From Macrostomum lignano (taxonomy: Eukaryota), in the NCBI GenBank assembly GCA_002269645.1, contig NIVC01003215.1:1-64000 (forward strand): 64,000 nt of DNA, in the 5' to 3' direction. Every line of letters starts with the position of its first letter. Positions within the stretch are counted from its first letter, which is position 1. Made by a program: the position numbers and the translations under genes. Below the pieces are notes generated by a model. The model saw only the letters and a list, made by a program, of their open reading frames with translations. It was not told where the DNA came from and did no database searches. Of the stretch, positions 12,087-25,538 are shown piece by piece.

Positions 12087-12367
12087 AGCTGTTGAAGCTA
12101 TTCAAGCTTTGACGTCAGATTAGATAATATTTGGCCAGACAGTGTCCGGGTCACAGCATAGCAACTCCGGTCGGTCTGCATGAATAAGAAATTTGGATTT
12201 TAGAAATTGTCCGCTTCAAAGAGCACTTATTATATAATGACTGAAATACTAGCTTTTATGTCAGCATGATAGGATATACACAATTTATAGTTTAAAAGAC
12301 TCCAGCGAGACAGGTCTGCTGAGCTTAGGCGAGATAGCACTACTGCGTTCACGTTACAACTGATAAG

Positions 12368-14292
12368 ACTAATGGACACAGGTGAGGTGGGAATAATGGA
12401 CACAGGTGAGGTGGGACTAATGGACACAGGTGAGATGGAACTAACGGACTCAGGTGAGATGGAACTAATGGGCACAGGTAAGATGGGCCCAATGGGCACA
12501 GATAAGATGGAACTAATGAGCAAAGGTGAGATGAGACTAATGGGCTCAGATGAGATGAGACTACTGGGCTACTGGGCTCAGATGAGATGGGACTACTGGG
12601 CTCAAATGAGATGGGACTACTGGGCTCAGATGAGATGGGACTACTGGGCTCAAATGAGATGAACAACAGGGCTCAGATGAGATGGGACTACTGGGCTCAG
12701 ATGAGATAGGACTACTGGGCTCAGATGAGATGGGACTACTGGGCTCAGATGAGATGGGACTACTGGGCTCAGATGAGATGGGACTACTGGGCTCAGATGA
12801 GATGAGATTTCTGGGGACAGATGAGATGGGACTAATGGGCTCAGATGAGATGGGACTACTGGGCTCAGATGAGATGAGATTTCTGGGGACAGATGAGATG
12901 GGACTAATGGGCTCAGATCAGCTAGGACCTACAAAAGCAAAACGACAAGAGACTTGAAACTGGACTGGACTACTGGGCTCAGATGAGGTGGGACTACTGG
13001 GCTCAGATGAGATGAGATTTCTGGGGTCAGATGAGATGGGACTAATGGGCAAAGGTGAGATGGGACTACTGGGCTCAGATGAGATGGGACTACTGGGCTC
13101 AGATGAGATGGGACTACTTGGCTCAGATGAGATGGGACTACTGGGCTCAAATGAGATGAACAACAGGGCTCAGATGAGATGGGACTACTGGGCTCAGGTG
13201 AGATGGGACTACTGGGCTCAGGTGATATGGGACTACTGGGCTCAGATGAGATGAGATTTCTGGGGTCAGATGAGATGGGACTAATGGGCAAAGGTGAGAT
13301 GGGACTACTGGGCTCAGATGAGATGGGACTACTGGGCTCAGATGAGATGGGACTACTTGGCTCAGATGAGATGGGACTACTCGGCTCAAATGAGATGAAC
13401 AACAGGGCTCAGATGAGATGGGACTACTGGGCTCAGGTGAGATGGGACTACTGGGCTCAGGTGATATGGGACTACTGGGCTCAGATGAGATGAGATTTCT
13501 GGGGTCAGATGAGATGGGACTAATGGGCAAAGGTGAGATGAGACTAATGGGCTCAGATGAGATGGGACTACTGGGCTCAAATGAGATGGGACTACTTGGC
13601 TCAGATGAGATGGGACTACTGGGCTCAAATGAGATGAACAACAGGGCTTAGATAAGATGGGACTACTGGGCTCAGATGAGATGGGATTACAGGGCTCAGA
13701 TGAGATGGGACTACTGGGCTCAGATGAGATGAACAACAGGGCTCAGATGAGATGGGACTACTGGGCTCAAATGAAATGAATAACAGGGCTCAGATGAGAT
13801 GGGACTACAGGGCTCAGATGAGATGGGACTACAGGGCTCAGATGAGATGGGACTACAGGGCTCAGATGAGATGGGACTACTGGGCTCAGATGAGATAGGA
13901 ACACTGGGCTCAGATGAGATGAGATTTCTGGGGTCAGATGAGATGGGACTAATGGGCTCATGTGAGATGGGACTACTAAGCTCAGATGAGATGGGACTAA
14001 TGGGTTCAGATGAGATGGGACTACAGGGCTCAGATGAGATGGGACTACAGGGCTCAGATGAGATGGGACTACTGGGCTCAGATGAGATAGGAACACTGGG
14101 CTCAGATGAGATGAGATTTCTGGGGTCAGATGAGATGGGACTAATGGGCTCAGGTGAGATGGGACTACTAAGCTCAGATGAGATGGGACTAATGGGTTCA
14201 GATGAGATGGGACTAATGGGCTCAGGTGAGATGGCACTGCTGGGCACAGATGAGCTAGGACCTACAAAAGCAAAACGACAAGAGACTTGAAA
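12368..14292. repeat. 24-bp minisatellite (GATGAGATGGGACTACTGGGCTCA), about 80 units, with a 239-bp higher-order repeat
   Basis: Direct inspection. The repeat ORFs show an 8-aa period (GLLGSDEM), and ORF ends recur at 13163, 13402 and 13641. Confidence 0.95.
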
Positions 14293-14560
14293 TCGGCCAA
14301 GACTGCCAAAATCAATATTGAATGCAAGCATACGGTATGCATTCACTTGCGTTCAATATTCAGTGCAGGATTTTATTAACAAAACTCCAGATCGCGGGTT
14401 AAAGATTTCACAGCAAGCCAAAGGACAGATCAAATAAAAACTAGCGAAACATCTGCTGCTTATAACAGATTTACAAACAACTGTTGCATAGTGGAATCGA
14501 AGAGTCGAATTGAGATCAGTCAAATGCAAGAGAGTTTCGCTATAAGCATCTCGCAGACAG

Positions 14561-17500
14561 TCAGGCCGATTCGCCAAACACAACGCAGTCGCTGCGTAGG
14601 CGCTTCCTCCGCCTGGCGAACAGCTGGCCCGGGCCCTGCAGCGCCTCGGCCAGCAGCGGCTGCGCAGGCGGCTCCGCTAAAATCGGCTGAGCCGGCGGCT
14701 GCGACTGGGGCTGCTTCGACGGCTGCTGCTGCGTCTCAACCGTCTCATTGGATGCCGTCGGCGGCGTTGGTGGCGGCGACGGCAGCGGCTCGTCCGGCAG
14801 TAGCAGCGGCCGGAGCAGCGGCTCACAAAGGCCGAGGCCCTCCAGAGAGGCGGACAGCGGCTCCTCGGCGGCGGGGGCCAGTGCTGTGGCCGACGCCGGG
14901 TCCAGGGTAGTCCGGCGCCGCTTCTTGTGCTTTTTCTTGGCGGACAACGGCGCAGTGGCAGCGGCGGAGTCGGCAGCCTCGCAGCCGTCTGACAGGCTGG
15001 CTATGGCGCTAATGAAGTCGTCAAGGCTGTAGCGCCGGCACAGCAGGGCAAAGCGGGACCGAAGCTGCTGCGGCAGGGCGGGCCAAGGCTGCAGCGAGGA
15101 CAGCAGCACGAGGTGGAAGTGCATGCCAGAGAGGCAGGCTCCGTCCTTGCCGGCTCCGTCTAGCAGCTCTCGGTGCCGGTGGACGGCAATGCGCACGACG
15201 GCCCGGACGCAGGCGTGGAACAGGCTGGCCTCGTCCGCGCCTAGCGTGCCGGCCCGCTTGTTGTATCTGGGGAGAGAGGAGCGTGGATTGGGAGCTGGGT
15301 GAGTGTTTTCGAATTTTAGAACTAGTGCTTTTACAATTATGACTAGTACTGTTGGAATTGGGACTCGTGCTGCTGGAATCGGGACTCATGCTGCTGGAAT
15401 CGGGACTAGTGCTATTGGAATGGGGACTAGTGCTGCTGGAATCGGGACTAGTGCTATTGGAATGGGGACTAGTGCTGTTGGAATGGGGACTATTGCTGCT
15501 GGAATCGGGACTAGTGCTGATGGAATTGGGACTAGTGCTGTTGGAATGGGGACTAGTCCTGCTGGAATCGGGACTAGTGCCGCTGGAATGGGGACTAGTG
15601 CTGCTGGAATCGGGACTAGTGCCGCTGGAATGGGGACTAGTGCTGCTGGAATCGGGACTAGTGCTGCTGGAATGGGGACTAGTGCTGCTGGAATGGAAAC
15701 TAGTGCTGTTGGAATGGGGACTAGTGCTGCTGGAATCGGGACTAGTGCTGCTGGAATGGGGACTAGTGCTGCTGGAATCGGGACTCTGTAATCAGCACTC
15801 ACTTGGAAGCCATCAGCCTGGCGCGGTCAACCAGCAACAGCAGTACGGTGTACAGCAGATGCTGGTGCACAAATGCGCACCTGGCGCACAGGTCGCCAAG
15901 CAAAGAGAGGCAGCGCAATCGAAAATTGGCGCCAAGATGCGAATCAATAGCGCGCTTCCACAGGTAGTCCAGGAAGCCGTGAGCAATCCGATCATTTGCT
16001 GAGCAGGCCAGCGCCAGCAGCAGGTGCAGTCGGGATGGTCCAGCCAGATGGGCCAACTCCCTGTCGAACACGGTCAGCAAGTCCTTGTACACAGCCTTGG
16101 TGCGGGGCCAGTCGCTGGGGTCCAGCTCGGCTCGCACGTAGCACAGCAGCGGATGAAGGCAGCCGTTGAGCTTCAGCCGCTGGTCGCAGGCGCGGCAACT
16201 GGCACCGCCAGCGGCAGGAGACGCGAGCAGCAACAGGCTGTGCAGCTCCGGGGTCAGCTTCCACCAGGTGTCAGTAGTTGCTGACGACTGACGACTGGCG
16301 AGACAGGCGGCTGACGCTTCGGCTGCGGCGGCCGATTGAGCGCAGGTGCACCGAGCCACCAAAGCGGTGCCTGAAAGTGCCCAGATTTGTACCAATAAAT
16401 CCTGAAGGACTGAAAAACTGACTACTAGCAAGTCAGTAGCAAGATAAGAGTTTGAAGTGAAGCATATTGCTTATATAGAGAGTGCAAAATAGGGTTTCAA
16501 CCAAACCTTTAAAAGTATATTTTGTTAGCATCTTACCATCGAAGCTTCGGCTTACGCCAGCCGTCTCATCAGCCAGGCTCTCCAGTTTAGCCACCGTTCG
16601 ACAGGCGACAAACAGCAGACGGGTGCGCAAGCCACCGCCGCTGCCGCCAGCTCCCAGATAGGTGGCAGCGGCACGGAGCACATTGAGCAGGTAGCAGGCC
16701 AGCTGGCGGGTCGGCCGGCCCCACAGGCAGTGCGACTCGGCCAAGTCGCAGATTGCGCCAGGCGCGGAGGCTGGGAAAGCGGAAGCGAGAGCCTCTAGCA
16801 GCCGGTGGGCGAGGCTGAACTGGCGTCTGAATGTGCGGGAATTTGGGGGAAATTACACAGGCTAGAATAGAGGCACATTGAAGGACCCAAAAGGAAGGGA
16901 TAGAGGCACACTGAAGGAAATAGAAGGGAAAGGATAGGGGCACATTGAAGGACATAGAAGGAAATAGTATATTAGAAGGATAAGGTTAAGAATAAGGTAT
17001 ATTAAAGATAAGGTGCAGCCCTTCGGCGTCGATACGATGGCCTAGGTGTGTGACTTCGTCCTTGAAAAAAGTGCACTTCTCAAGCTTGCAGGTCAGCCCG
17101 GACTCCTTGAAGACCTTCAGAACTGCTCTCAGGTTGCGGAGGTGACTGGCGTCGGTTTCGCCTGTGATGATGACATCATCGATGAAGGATGCAGAGTGCG
17201 GAATTCCTCGCAGTAAGCTGTCCATCACCCGCTGAAACACGCTGGGGGCGATCGACACGCCGAAAGGCAGACGGGTGTCCCAGCGAGGTGTTGATGGTAC
17301 AGAGCTCTTGAGCATCCTCATCCAGGGGAAGCTGCGAAAATGCCTGGCTCAGATCCAGTTTTGAGAACTTCTTTCTGCCAGCCAAGCGTGAAAACAGCTC
17401 GTCGATGTTCGGCAGCGGGTAAGCCTCAGGCCGGATAGCTGTGTTGACCGACTGCTTGAAATCAGCGCAGATGCGCACGCTGCCGTCGGACTTCATTACC

Positions 17501-19955
17501 GGCACGATCGGGGACGCCCAGTCGGAATTTTTGACCGGCACCAGGATTCCTTGGTCGATTTCCTTCTGCAGCTGCTGCTCAACCTTCTCGCGCAGCGCAA
17601 ACGGCACCGGCCGCGCCTTATAGAACCTCGGTCTGGCGTTCTCCTTCAGACTGATGGACACCGGCTTGCCGCTGAACTCGCCCAGACCTTGAAAGACTTC
17701 TGAGAACTCCTGTAGCAACTCCTTGGCTGCATCAGCTTCTTCCATCCGCTTGATAGATTGCCAGTCCAGCCGCAGGCGGTGTAGCCAGTCTCGACCAAGG
17801 AGGCTCGGACCACAACCGGCGACAACCAGCAGCGGCAGCTGTTCCTCGGCCGAACCTTGCGAAACTCGCACGCGTACGAAGAGCTGACCGAGGACACGGA
17901 CGGTTTGACCGGTGTACGCATTGAGCTGAACCGTTGACGCAGACAGAGACATCCGGCTTCCCATGTTTTCTTTGAGCGTACGCTCGGACATCAGCGATAC
18001 GGATGCCCCCGTGTCCACCACCATCTCGAATCGCTTCTCCTCGATGAAGACAGAGGTCACGATTAGAGGAAACCTGGCCTGCGATCGGTCAGCCCCCAGA
18101 TGGTAGAAGGGATAAGCGACCTCGACTGGGCTGGGCGGCTCGGCGGCCTGAGCTGAGCTGCTGTCTGAAGGCTGCTGGTCAACCAGCTGGTGCATTTGCT
18201 GCTGCTGTGTCACCGCCTTGCATGCCTTCGCGGTGTGCCCGGTTTTGCTGCAGTTGAAACAGCGTTTGTCCGCGAAGGGACATTTGGCTCCGGATGGCGA
18301 GTCGACAAGCAGCGGAAACAGCGCCGCCGGCCTTCTGTTCCAGACTGACGGCTGTCTTGCGGTCGCTGTCGTTCCATTCGAAGCACGGAGTCGCTCTCTG
18401 TCGGTGACGATGCCGATGTCGCTGCCGCAGGTTTTGCTGAGCCCAGCGATTGACAGTTTTTGGCTGCTGACTCGCCCGCTTGCGCGATCTGTTTGGCAGT
18501 TTCGAGGGTCAACTCGGTCTCCATCAGGAGAAGGCGCTGGATCTGCTGATCCGCGATGCCGCACACCAGCCTGTCGCGCAGCATGTCAGACAGGCTGCCG
18601 CCGTAATTGCAGAACTCCGCCAGCTTGCGCAGCTCCGCAAGGAACTCTGCCACCGACTCTCCAGGGCGCTGAACTCGGTTATTGAAGTGGAACCTCTGAA
18701 TGATCTCACTCGGCCTTGGGTTGAAATGAGCGCTCAGCAGCTCGCGTATTTCGGCATAGGATTTGTCCGCGATTTTGGCTGGAGAGCAGAGGCTTCTGGC
18801 CAACTGAAAGGTTTTCCTACCGCAGACGCTCAGCAGCGTGGCCCTCTTTTTACTTTCGTCGGTGATGTCCTGTGCCAGGAAATGTTGCTCCAGACGCTCC
18901 TGGTACTCATCCCAGGTTTCCTCGGAGTCCTCATATTCTCCGATTGCGCGGTTAGGCATTGCTTAGCCACAATTCTCGTCGCCACTAAAAACAACTCTAT
19001 AGTGGTTAGTGCGAGAAACCATAAGTATTGAGCTCTGAGCTCACTAGACGACTTTTATATTTTGGTACAAGCGAACGTAAGAATGATTGATGCATAAAAG
19101 CACAAGGGGTTTTAAAAGAACGCGCACACTAGTCACGCTCAATGAAGCATTGTCAGTCAATCGATGAAAATAAAACAGCGAATGTACTCAATGTACACCG
19201 CTGAGTCACGCGATACGACAGGCACATTGAAGCACATAGAAGGAAATAGTATATTAGAAGGATAGGGGCACATTGAAGGATACAGAAAGGACAGGATGGA
19301 GGCACAAAAGAAAAGGATAGAGGCACATGAAGGACCCCATGGGAGGGATAGTAACACATTGAAGGACCCAAAAAGAAAGGTTAGTGGCACAGTGAAGGGC
19401 CCAGTGTGAGCGATAGAGGCGCACTGAAGGACCCAGTGTGAGCGATAGAGGCGCACTGAAAGACCCAGTGAGGATAGTCGCAGCCCAGAAGCAAGACGCT
19501 AAGAAGCCGAAGCACACCAAGCGACACAATTAAATCCGAACCTGTCAGTCTTGAAGTCCTCAGCCTGGGCAGTTCCATCTGGCAGAGCGGGAGAGAACCA
19601 GACCACGGCAGATTGCATGGCCAGTTGGCGCAGGTCGGGATGCCGGCTAGCCAGGTGCAGGCAGAGCCGGCGGTACCTGTCCAGTCCGGCCGAGTCCAGC
19701 AGACGACAGGGCGGCCAGTTGGTGAGCAGCAGGCGGGCCAGCTCAGCGTGCCGCTCGGGGTCAATGCGGCCAGCCAGGGCTAACAGGTAGCGAACGACTG
19801 CGCCAGCCTGAGCCTCGGTTGCTAGGCGCTGGGCGGTCAGGCCACCTGAGGCCAACTCGTGGCAGGCCAAGTTGTAGTGCTTTGCGCTGGCTGGATTGGA
19901 GTCGAGGGCGCGTGACAGGGCGCCACAAAGTGCGCCGGCTGCCTGAATGGCGCCT
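14561..19955 (-). CDS. rrn3: RRN3/TIF-IA-like RNA polymerase I initiation factor (at least 4 exons: about 19955-19542, 16826-16550, 16375-15811, 15268-14561; first exon not located)
   Basis: Colinear matches to RRN3 blocks: AHRLLEALASAFP...RQLACYLLNVL (cf. CHRALQIIARYVP...RTLECYVHNLL); KAVYKDLLTVFDREL...GFLDYLWKR (cf. KDLYRDLINIFDKLL...AFLEHLWKK); LFHACVRAVVRIAVHRHRELL (cf. PFYSACQAVFYTFVFRHKQLL). The 19542-to-16826 splice is in frame. Confidence 0.8.
15345..15786. repeat. 21-bp intronic minisatellite (GGGACTAGTGCTGCTGGAATC/G), about 21 copies
   Basis: Direct inspection; it fills most of an rrn3 intron. Confidence 0.95.
17011..19220 (-). mobile_element. 3'-truncated Ty3/Gypsy LTR retrotransposon (putative 5' LTR, gag, protease, partial RT) in an rrn3 intron
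   Basis: A putative LTR starts TGTCGTATCG at 19220 and contains TATAAAA. A PBS-like TGGCGACGAG precedes the gag ATG at 18959. Gag has two CCHC-type knuckles. Protease VVDTGAS; RT motifs VRICAD, LDLSQAF, RLPFG, FIDDVII. There is no RNase H, integrase or 3' LTR. Frameshifts occur near 18287 and 17278. Confidence 0.9.
19221..19480. repeat. Degenerate GAGGCACATTGAAGG-type minisatellite, continued at 16860-16982 on the other side of the Gypsy insertion
   Basis: The same motif family flanks both ends of the retroelement. Confidence 0.7.
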
Positions 19956-21474
19956 GCGCCAATTGAAGAAAGTGAAATATTTGTTTAAAATGACAAACTC
20001 TTCTTTACTAACACTGTGTTATTTACTAGAGGTTATTTTACTATCAATAATTCCAGTCATACATTCCCAACACCTGGCCGACCCGAGAAAACACATAAGA
20101 AGTACTAATTAGATGACGATAATTAGATGACTTATAGTTATGCCTGCTGCATACCCAAAAATTTTGCTGTATTTTTTTATTTTATAGGTTAGCTGCTATA
20201 TTAATATATATTAACAGTAGAAATTCTGTTTCTATAATTTTATTATAATATTTATCAATTTGCTTATCATGAATCGGTTAATTTTACAACTAATGATATT
20301 TTTTGGATACTCATATATTTTTTTAGGATTTTTTAGGATTATTAATATCATTTTTCAAAATTTGTCCAGGAATTTAATACCAAGTAAGCCCTGGGTAGCA
20401 AGTACCAAATCAGGTCAACTTCTACTGTTTGGTTCACATCGCATTGAAGTTAAGCATCAGGTTCATATAAGTGAGCTTATGATAACACTCTAAGTGGACA
20501 TAGCACTATTGTTGATATCATTGTCAATATCAAGGATTGGATATTTTTATAAATATAGTTCAAGGCAATAAGAAACTATTTATGATCTAATTCCATATTA
20601 ACTGTGCCAATTTCACTGACATCCATAATTTTGCCAATTTACACTTAAGTTAAGAAAAAGTTAATTACAACAAAAAATAAGATAGTTAAGTAACAAGTTT
20701 GGAGATAGCCCATTTCAATAATAAACTCTGATAACAGACACTTTGGAAACAAATTATTTCCACCTTGACCAACAAAGTATGTCCTCTTGCAATGAACAGG
20801 CAATACCAAATAGGTGCTGCCTATAAGTATGATCCAAGCAATCTGTTTTAGTCAAAAGGATTAATATGTATACTTTACATGCACAAAGTTATAAATAATA
20901 TATACTATTTATTATAGTTTAACATAAGTAAAAAATAGTATAATATAATAATGTGTTGTGCATTGCCAGGGTCCAGAATGTATAATGGTGTATACCAGAA
21001 CAAAAATCCTATTTCTAGCTAAATATATACCAATGTGCACCAAAAACGAAAACTTTCCCTAAAATGTATACCAAAAATTTCTCCTAAAAGGTAATTTGGT
21101 TTTTACAAGTTGTGTTTCCTAAGAAAGGCTTTTGTATAAAAAGTCTTTAAATTTAAAATAATATGAATATACCATAGTCCATTTCAATATAGTTATGCCA
21201 GAAATCTCTACTATACTTCTAGAAAAAAATTAGCTTTCATGTAAATGCTTGGCATAAGAATTAATAAAAAATGAATTGGCATAAATGACTGGCACAAAAA
21301 CAACTATATATTATCTTTTACATTACATTTTTCCTTGACTGGAAATAAATGTGACTGTGATTTCAATGATCATGTTAACTTTTTTTATTTAAATCAAACA
21401 GAAAATTGGAATAACTACATATTAAATTACTTGTAAAAAGTAAAACAAGTTTAAAATCTAGAAATTGTGCTATA

Positions 21475-22794
21475 CGAGGGCTGCTTAATAAGTTTGCGGA
21501 AAACCAAACTTATCTTCAAGCGAATCAAACGAAATTTTATGAACTTTTTCCTTCAGATATTGGCACCTTTCACACAAATTTTCAGCCAGTTTGGCCAAAA
21601 TGTTGCGACGCAGTGGCCGAAGAAGTGATGAAACCCCCACTCCAGTGCTGCGCCTGACTGAGCGCGACAGGCGAGTCGCAATTCTGGTCCAATTCCGGCT
21701 TGGCCTGTCTGCCTCCGAATGCTTGCAGACGCTTCAAAAGGCCCTTGAGAGTGAAGCCCCATCCCAGACGATGGTGTACAAGTGGTTCGGTCGATTCCGC
21801 TCTGGTTGTCTGGAGCTGGACGATGATGAACGTGAAGGCCGTCCAAATTCGTCCATCTCGGACACGACTGTGGCCAGTGTCTGAAAGCTGCTCGATGCAG
21901 ACCGCCGAGTGACAATTCGGGAAATCGAAAAACATGTCGGGATTTCGGATTCAAGCGTCATTACTATCTTGCACGATCACCTCGGCATGAGGAAGGTGTC
22001 AGCTCGCTGGGTCCCTCATCAACTGAAGCCGGCTCAGATGCAGGCCCGCGTGGATTTTGCGAATTTCATGCTCGACAAGTTCGACGCAGGCGCCTCAAAT
22101 TTGGTGGACGGCATCCTCACAGGTGATGAAACGTGGGTGTACTTTTATGATCCCGAGACAAAAGTACAGAGCAAGCAGTGGGTCGCCTTTGAGGAGGATT
22201 CGCCCTTGAAATTTCGTCACGAGCGAAGCGTCGGCAAAGTGATGGCTGCGGTGTTTTTCCATTGGTGCGGAATTCTGCTGCCCGTTCTGCTCGAGGAGGG
22301 AGCCACAGTGACTGGCAGCTGGTACTCCAGTGTCTGCCTGCCGCAGGTGCTGGAATTCCTGCGTCGAGAGCGGCCAAAGACCAGAGATCGCGGCATTTTC
22401 CTGCACCACGACAATGCGCCCGCTCACAGAGCCAGTGTCACCCAGCAGTTCTTGGCATCAACTGAGCTGACTCTGCTGCCGCATCCGGCCTACTCGCCCG
22501 ACCTCGCGCCTGCAGACTTCTTTCTCTTTCCAAAGATCAAGAAAAATCTGAAGGGGAAGCGCTTCGACACTCGTGAGGAGCTGGAACAGGCGTTGAATGC
22601 GGAGCTGGAAGCCGTCACAAAGGCGGAATTGAGGGACTGCTTTGCGGCGTGGTTTCATTGGATGAAGAAATGCGTTTATCTGGCTGGGGACTATGTTGAG
22701 AAGTGCCATTAGGTTGGGCTAAGTGTGTGTAAAATTTCACGACTGTGCGATAACTATAAGTATGTTTTTCCGCGAACTTATTAAGCAGCCCTCG
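21475..22794 (+). mobile_element. Full-length mariner (DD34D) transposon, 1320 bp, TA TSD, one in-frame stop in the transposase
   Basis: TIRs CGAGGGCTGCTTAATAAGTT(T/C)GCGGAAAA are flanked by TA. ORFs 21591-21884 and 21909-22712 share a frame. Motifs: HTH, WVPHQL, TGDETW, HHDNAPAH, YSPDLAPAD. There are 34 residues between the last two Asp. Confidence 0.96.
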
Positions 22795-24872
22795 TAATGC
22801 ATAAACTTTTGCATTATTTTTTTTTATATTTATATGTTTATACTACACAAATACCACACTTTGGATCATGTAGTTTGTGCCCAAAAATTGGGGCATGCAT
22901 TGGCCTTGCACACCAAAAGTAGGTGTGCACAGTCAGTGTGCATCATTCCTAAGAAAATAGTGTGTGCACACCTGGCATGCACTATAGAATCATGCGGAAG
23001 AATTATTGTGAAGTAGAAAAAAGATTTGAAAAGTTTATTTTAAATGTAAATTTCAAGCTTTCTAGGTTTTTAAGCTTATACTAAAGCATTTAAACAAATC
23101 TTTGTGAGCATTGACTTTCTACTATGAATAGTATCACTGAGGAAGCAGAAAAATTAACCAAATTATTTGCCAAAAAGGGTCCATTAGGCAATACAAAAAA
23201 GGTCATTTATTGTTATATCAGCATAGTTTCAAAAAAAGGTATGCATTTAATTTTTGGTATACATTTGTAATTATTTGATTTTTGTTCGGGCATGCACCTA
23301 GCATGACCCAGACTATGGCACAAATGAAAACATTAATTTTTTTTGGAATAAACATGTTTTTACAAATTACCTAACCCTCCCCCCCCCCTAGTCTAGGCAT
23401 TATGCCTGGTGTGCAATGTATAAGCTTGGCATAAATCTGACATAAATGATGAAATTTCATGTTTTCTTCTGGTGTAACTCCAAGCATAAAACAGACTATT
23501 GTGAATATTTTCATTTTACACCAACTTAAATTATACCTATAAAAAATTGCAAAATTTATTTATTTTATTTATTGTTAATTTTAAAGAAGCAAAAAGTTTA
23601 TCACTGACTTTCTAGTAAAGATGGCCCAAAATTTTGGCTAGAATTTTGGGTACCCAAAATTTTGGGCATTTTAATTGCAAATTTTTGGGTACAGCTTTGA
23701 TTTTGGATATTACACTTTTGGGAACATTAATACCCAAAATTTCAATCATGTTGTATTGTGCTCAGGAAAAGTGCTCATTTTGGAATATGGAAGAAACAAA
23801 TCAATGCCATCATTTAATTCCAAACTAACTATACTTTAAGGTACTACAATGAGTTTTTCTAGAAAGAGCAAAACCTGCTTAAATATTTGAAAAAAAGGAA
23901 AAAACCTTTACACTTTTTTGATTGCTCAATTGGATTTCCAACAATAAAATATTTCCTGCTGGTGCAAACCATTATTAGGGTGAATTTTCAAAATTGCATA
24001 CTTTGCCAAAAGTAAATTGAAGCTTAATGTTTATAAACATTAGAAATGGGACCACTAATGGGTATTTTACTTTGGTTACTTACTATGGACCAAACTGGCA
24101 CTGGCAAAGACAGATTTGAGAGAAACTAATTGCTTCATTGTATTTGGCTCCAGCATTACAATAACTATATTGGGGTCTAACTGGCTAAGTTATCAAAAGA
24201 AGCTAGATACCAATCATCAGTCTCACCATCCTATACCTAACATGATTTTAGTCATATGCAACAATAATACCCTCTTTTAAAAGTTTTCAATATCTAAAAT
24301 TCTGTGTTAAATTTTATAAAGTTTCATAAACAATGAAATTTTTGTTATTCACATGCTGGTGGTTTAAAAGTAGCTACATTTGTGCAAACATATACTATCA
24401 TTATTACTACACCTATTATTATCATAACTTTTGTATATGACCTATGAAAGTTAAAGCGCAAATTGTACTTTTCTAATTTTATTTTATCATTTGTTTAGGC
24501 ACTTAGGCTGGCTTGCTTGCTTTGTAAGGTGTGGCCTTGGCCACTTTCTCCCCCTTCTTTTATGATCCAAACATTTGAAAGCTTGCTACAAGTATACATT
24601 TAATTTTATCAATTGATTATTTAAAACAAGCCTATAGTGGTTGATGTTGAGAGTAAGTGGCCTTGAGAGAAAGCCCATGGGCAGACTATGAACCCTCCTA
24701 TTATGGAAAATTGGGCCTTGTACATTGCATAATATACACTATATGAGACAGTAAGGTAAAAAGAAAGAGAATAATAGGCTAGCCAATAGCAATAGCATGT
24801 GCTTCTCTCCAGTCTACTATAGTAGGGGGGAGAAAGGTGTCAGACGGCTTAATTCTAACCCCCATACCCAAT

Positions 24873-25538
24873 GGTATAAGACCAAGATGGCCACACACCA
24901 AGATGGCCACAGCTGGGGTGGGGGTCACAGAAAATGACAACTGGTTTTCTATTGGATAGGGCAGAGATGAGAGAGAGAAAGATAATATAGGAGAGGGCAA
25001 AGATGAGAGAGAAAGATAATATAGGAGAGGACAAAGATGAGAGAGAAAAGATTAGAGACAAGAAGGCAAAGATGAGAGAGAAAAGATTAGAGACAAAAAG
25101 GCAGAGATAAGAGAAAAGATAAGAGACAAGAGTGCAGAGATGAGAGAAGAGATAAGAGACAAGAGGGCAATCCAAATTTGCTTACTTCTATCATAACTAA
25201 TACCTTTACCTTCTACCTTTAACTTTTAACATATAGAAACAACACGTCAGTTTTGGTATATTGAGATAGGTTTGAAACTATTATCCAAGATACAAAAATC
25301 AAATGTCTTGTGCTAGTAGTGCTACTAGCTTTAGTAGGTAGTAATAGGCCCCTACCTGCTGTAAAGGAAAGTGTTTTTTGTTTTACTAATCTAATTTCAC
25401 TAACAAAATCTGTTTTCTCCAAGACTTGAAGCTAGGTCATACCTTACCCCAATCACAGCCAATAGGAAATGAGGAAATATATAGACCTATTCCTATCCAA
25501 GCAGCCATTCAAAACTGTGGCCATCTTGGTCATGCGCC
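24873..25538. mobile_element. Short non-autonomous TIR element of the same family as 30352-32385
   Basis: GG-terminated ends with a perfect 15-bp inverted core GACCAAGATGGCCAC. Both arms are nearly identical to the longer copy. No TSD is visible here. Confidence 0.75.

Noticed and set aside
12349-14346. Long periodic ORFs (GLLGSDEM, PSSPISSE and similar), plus those at 15303-16002, 38325-39575, 56601-57098, 60836-61430 and 62468-63635
   Set aside because: They are by-products of 3n-length minisatellites, open in several frames and both strands, and lie in introns or spacers of recognisable genes.
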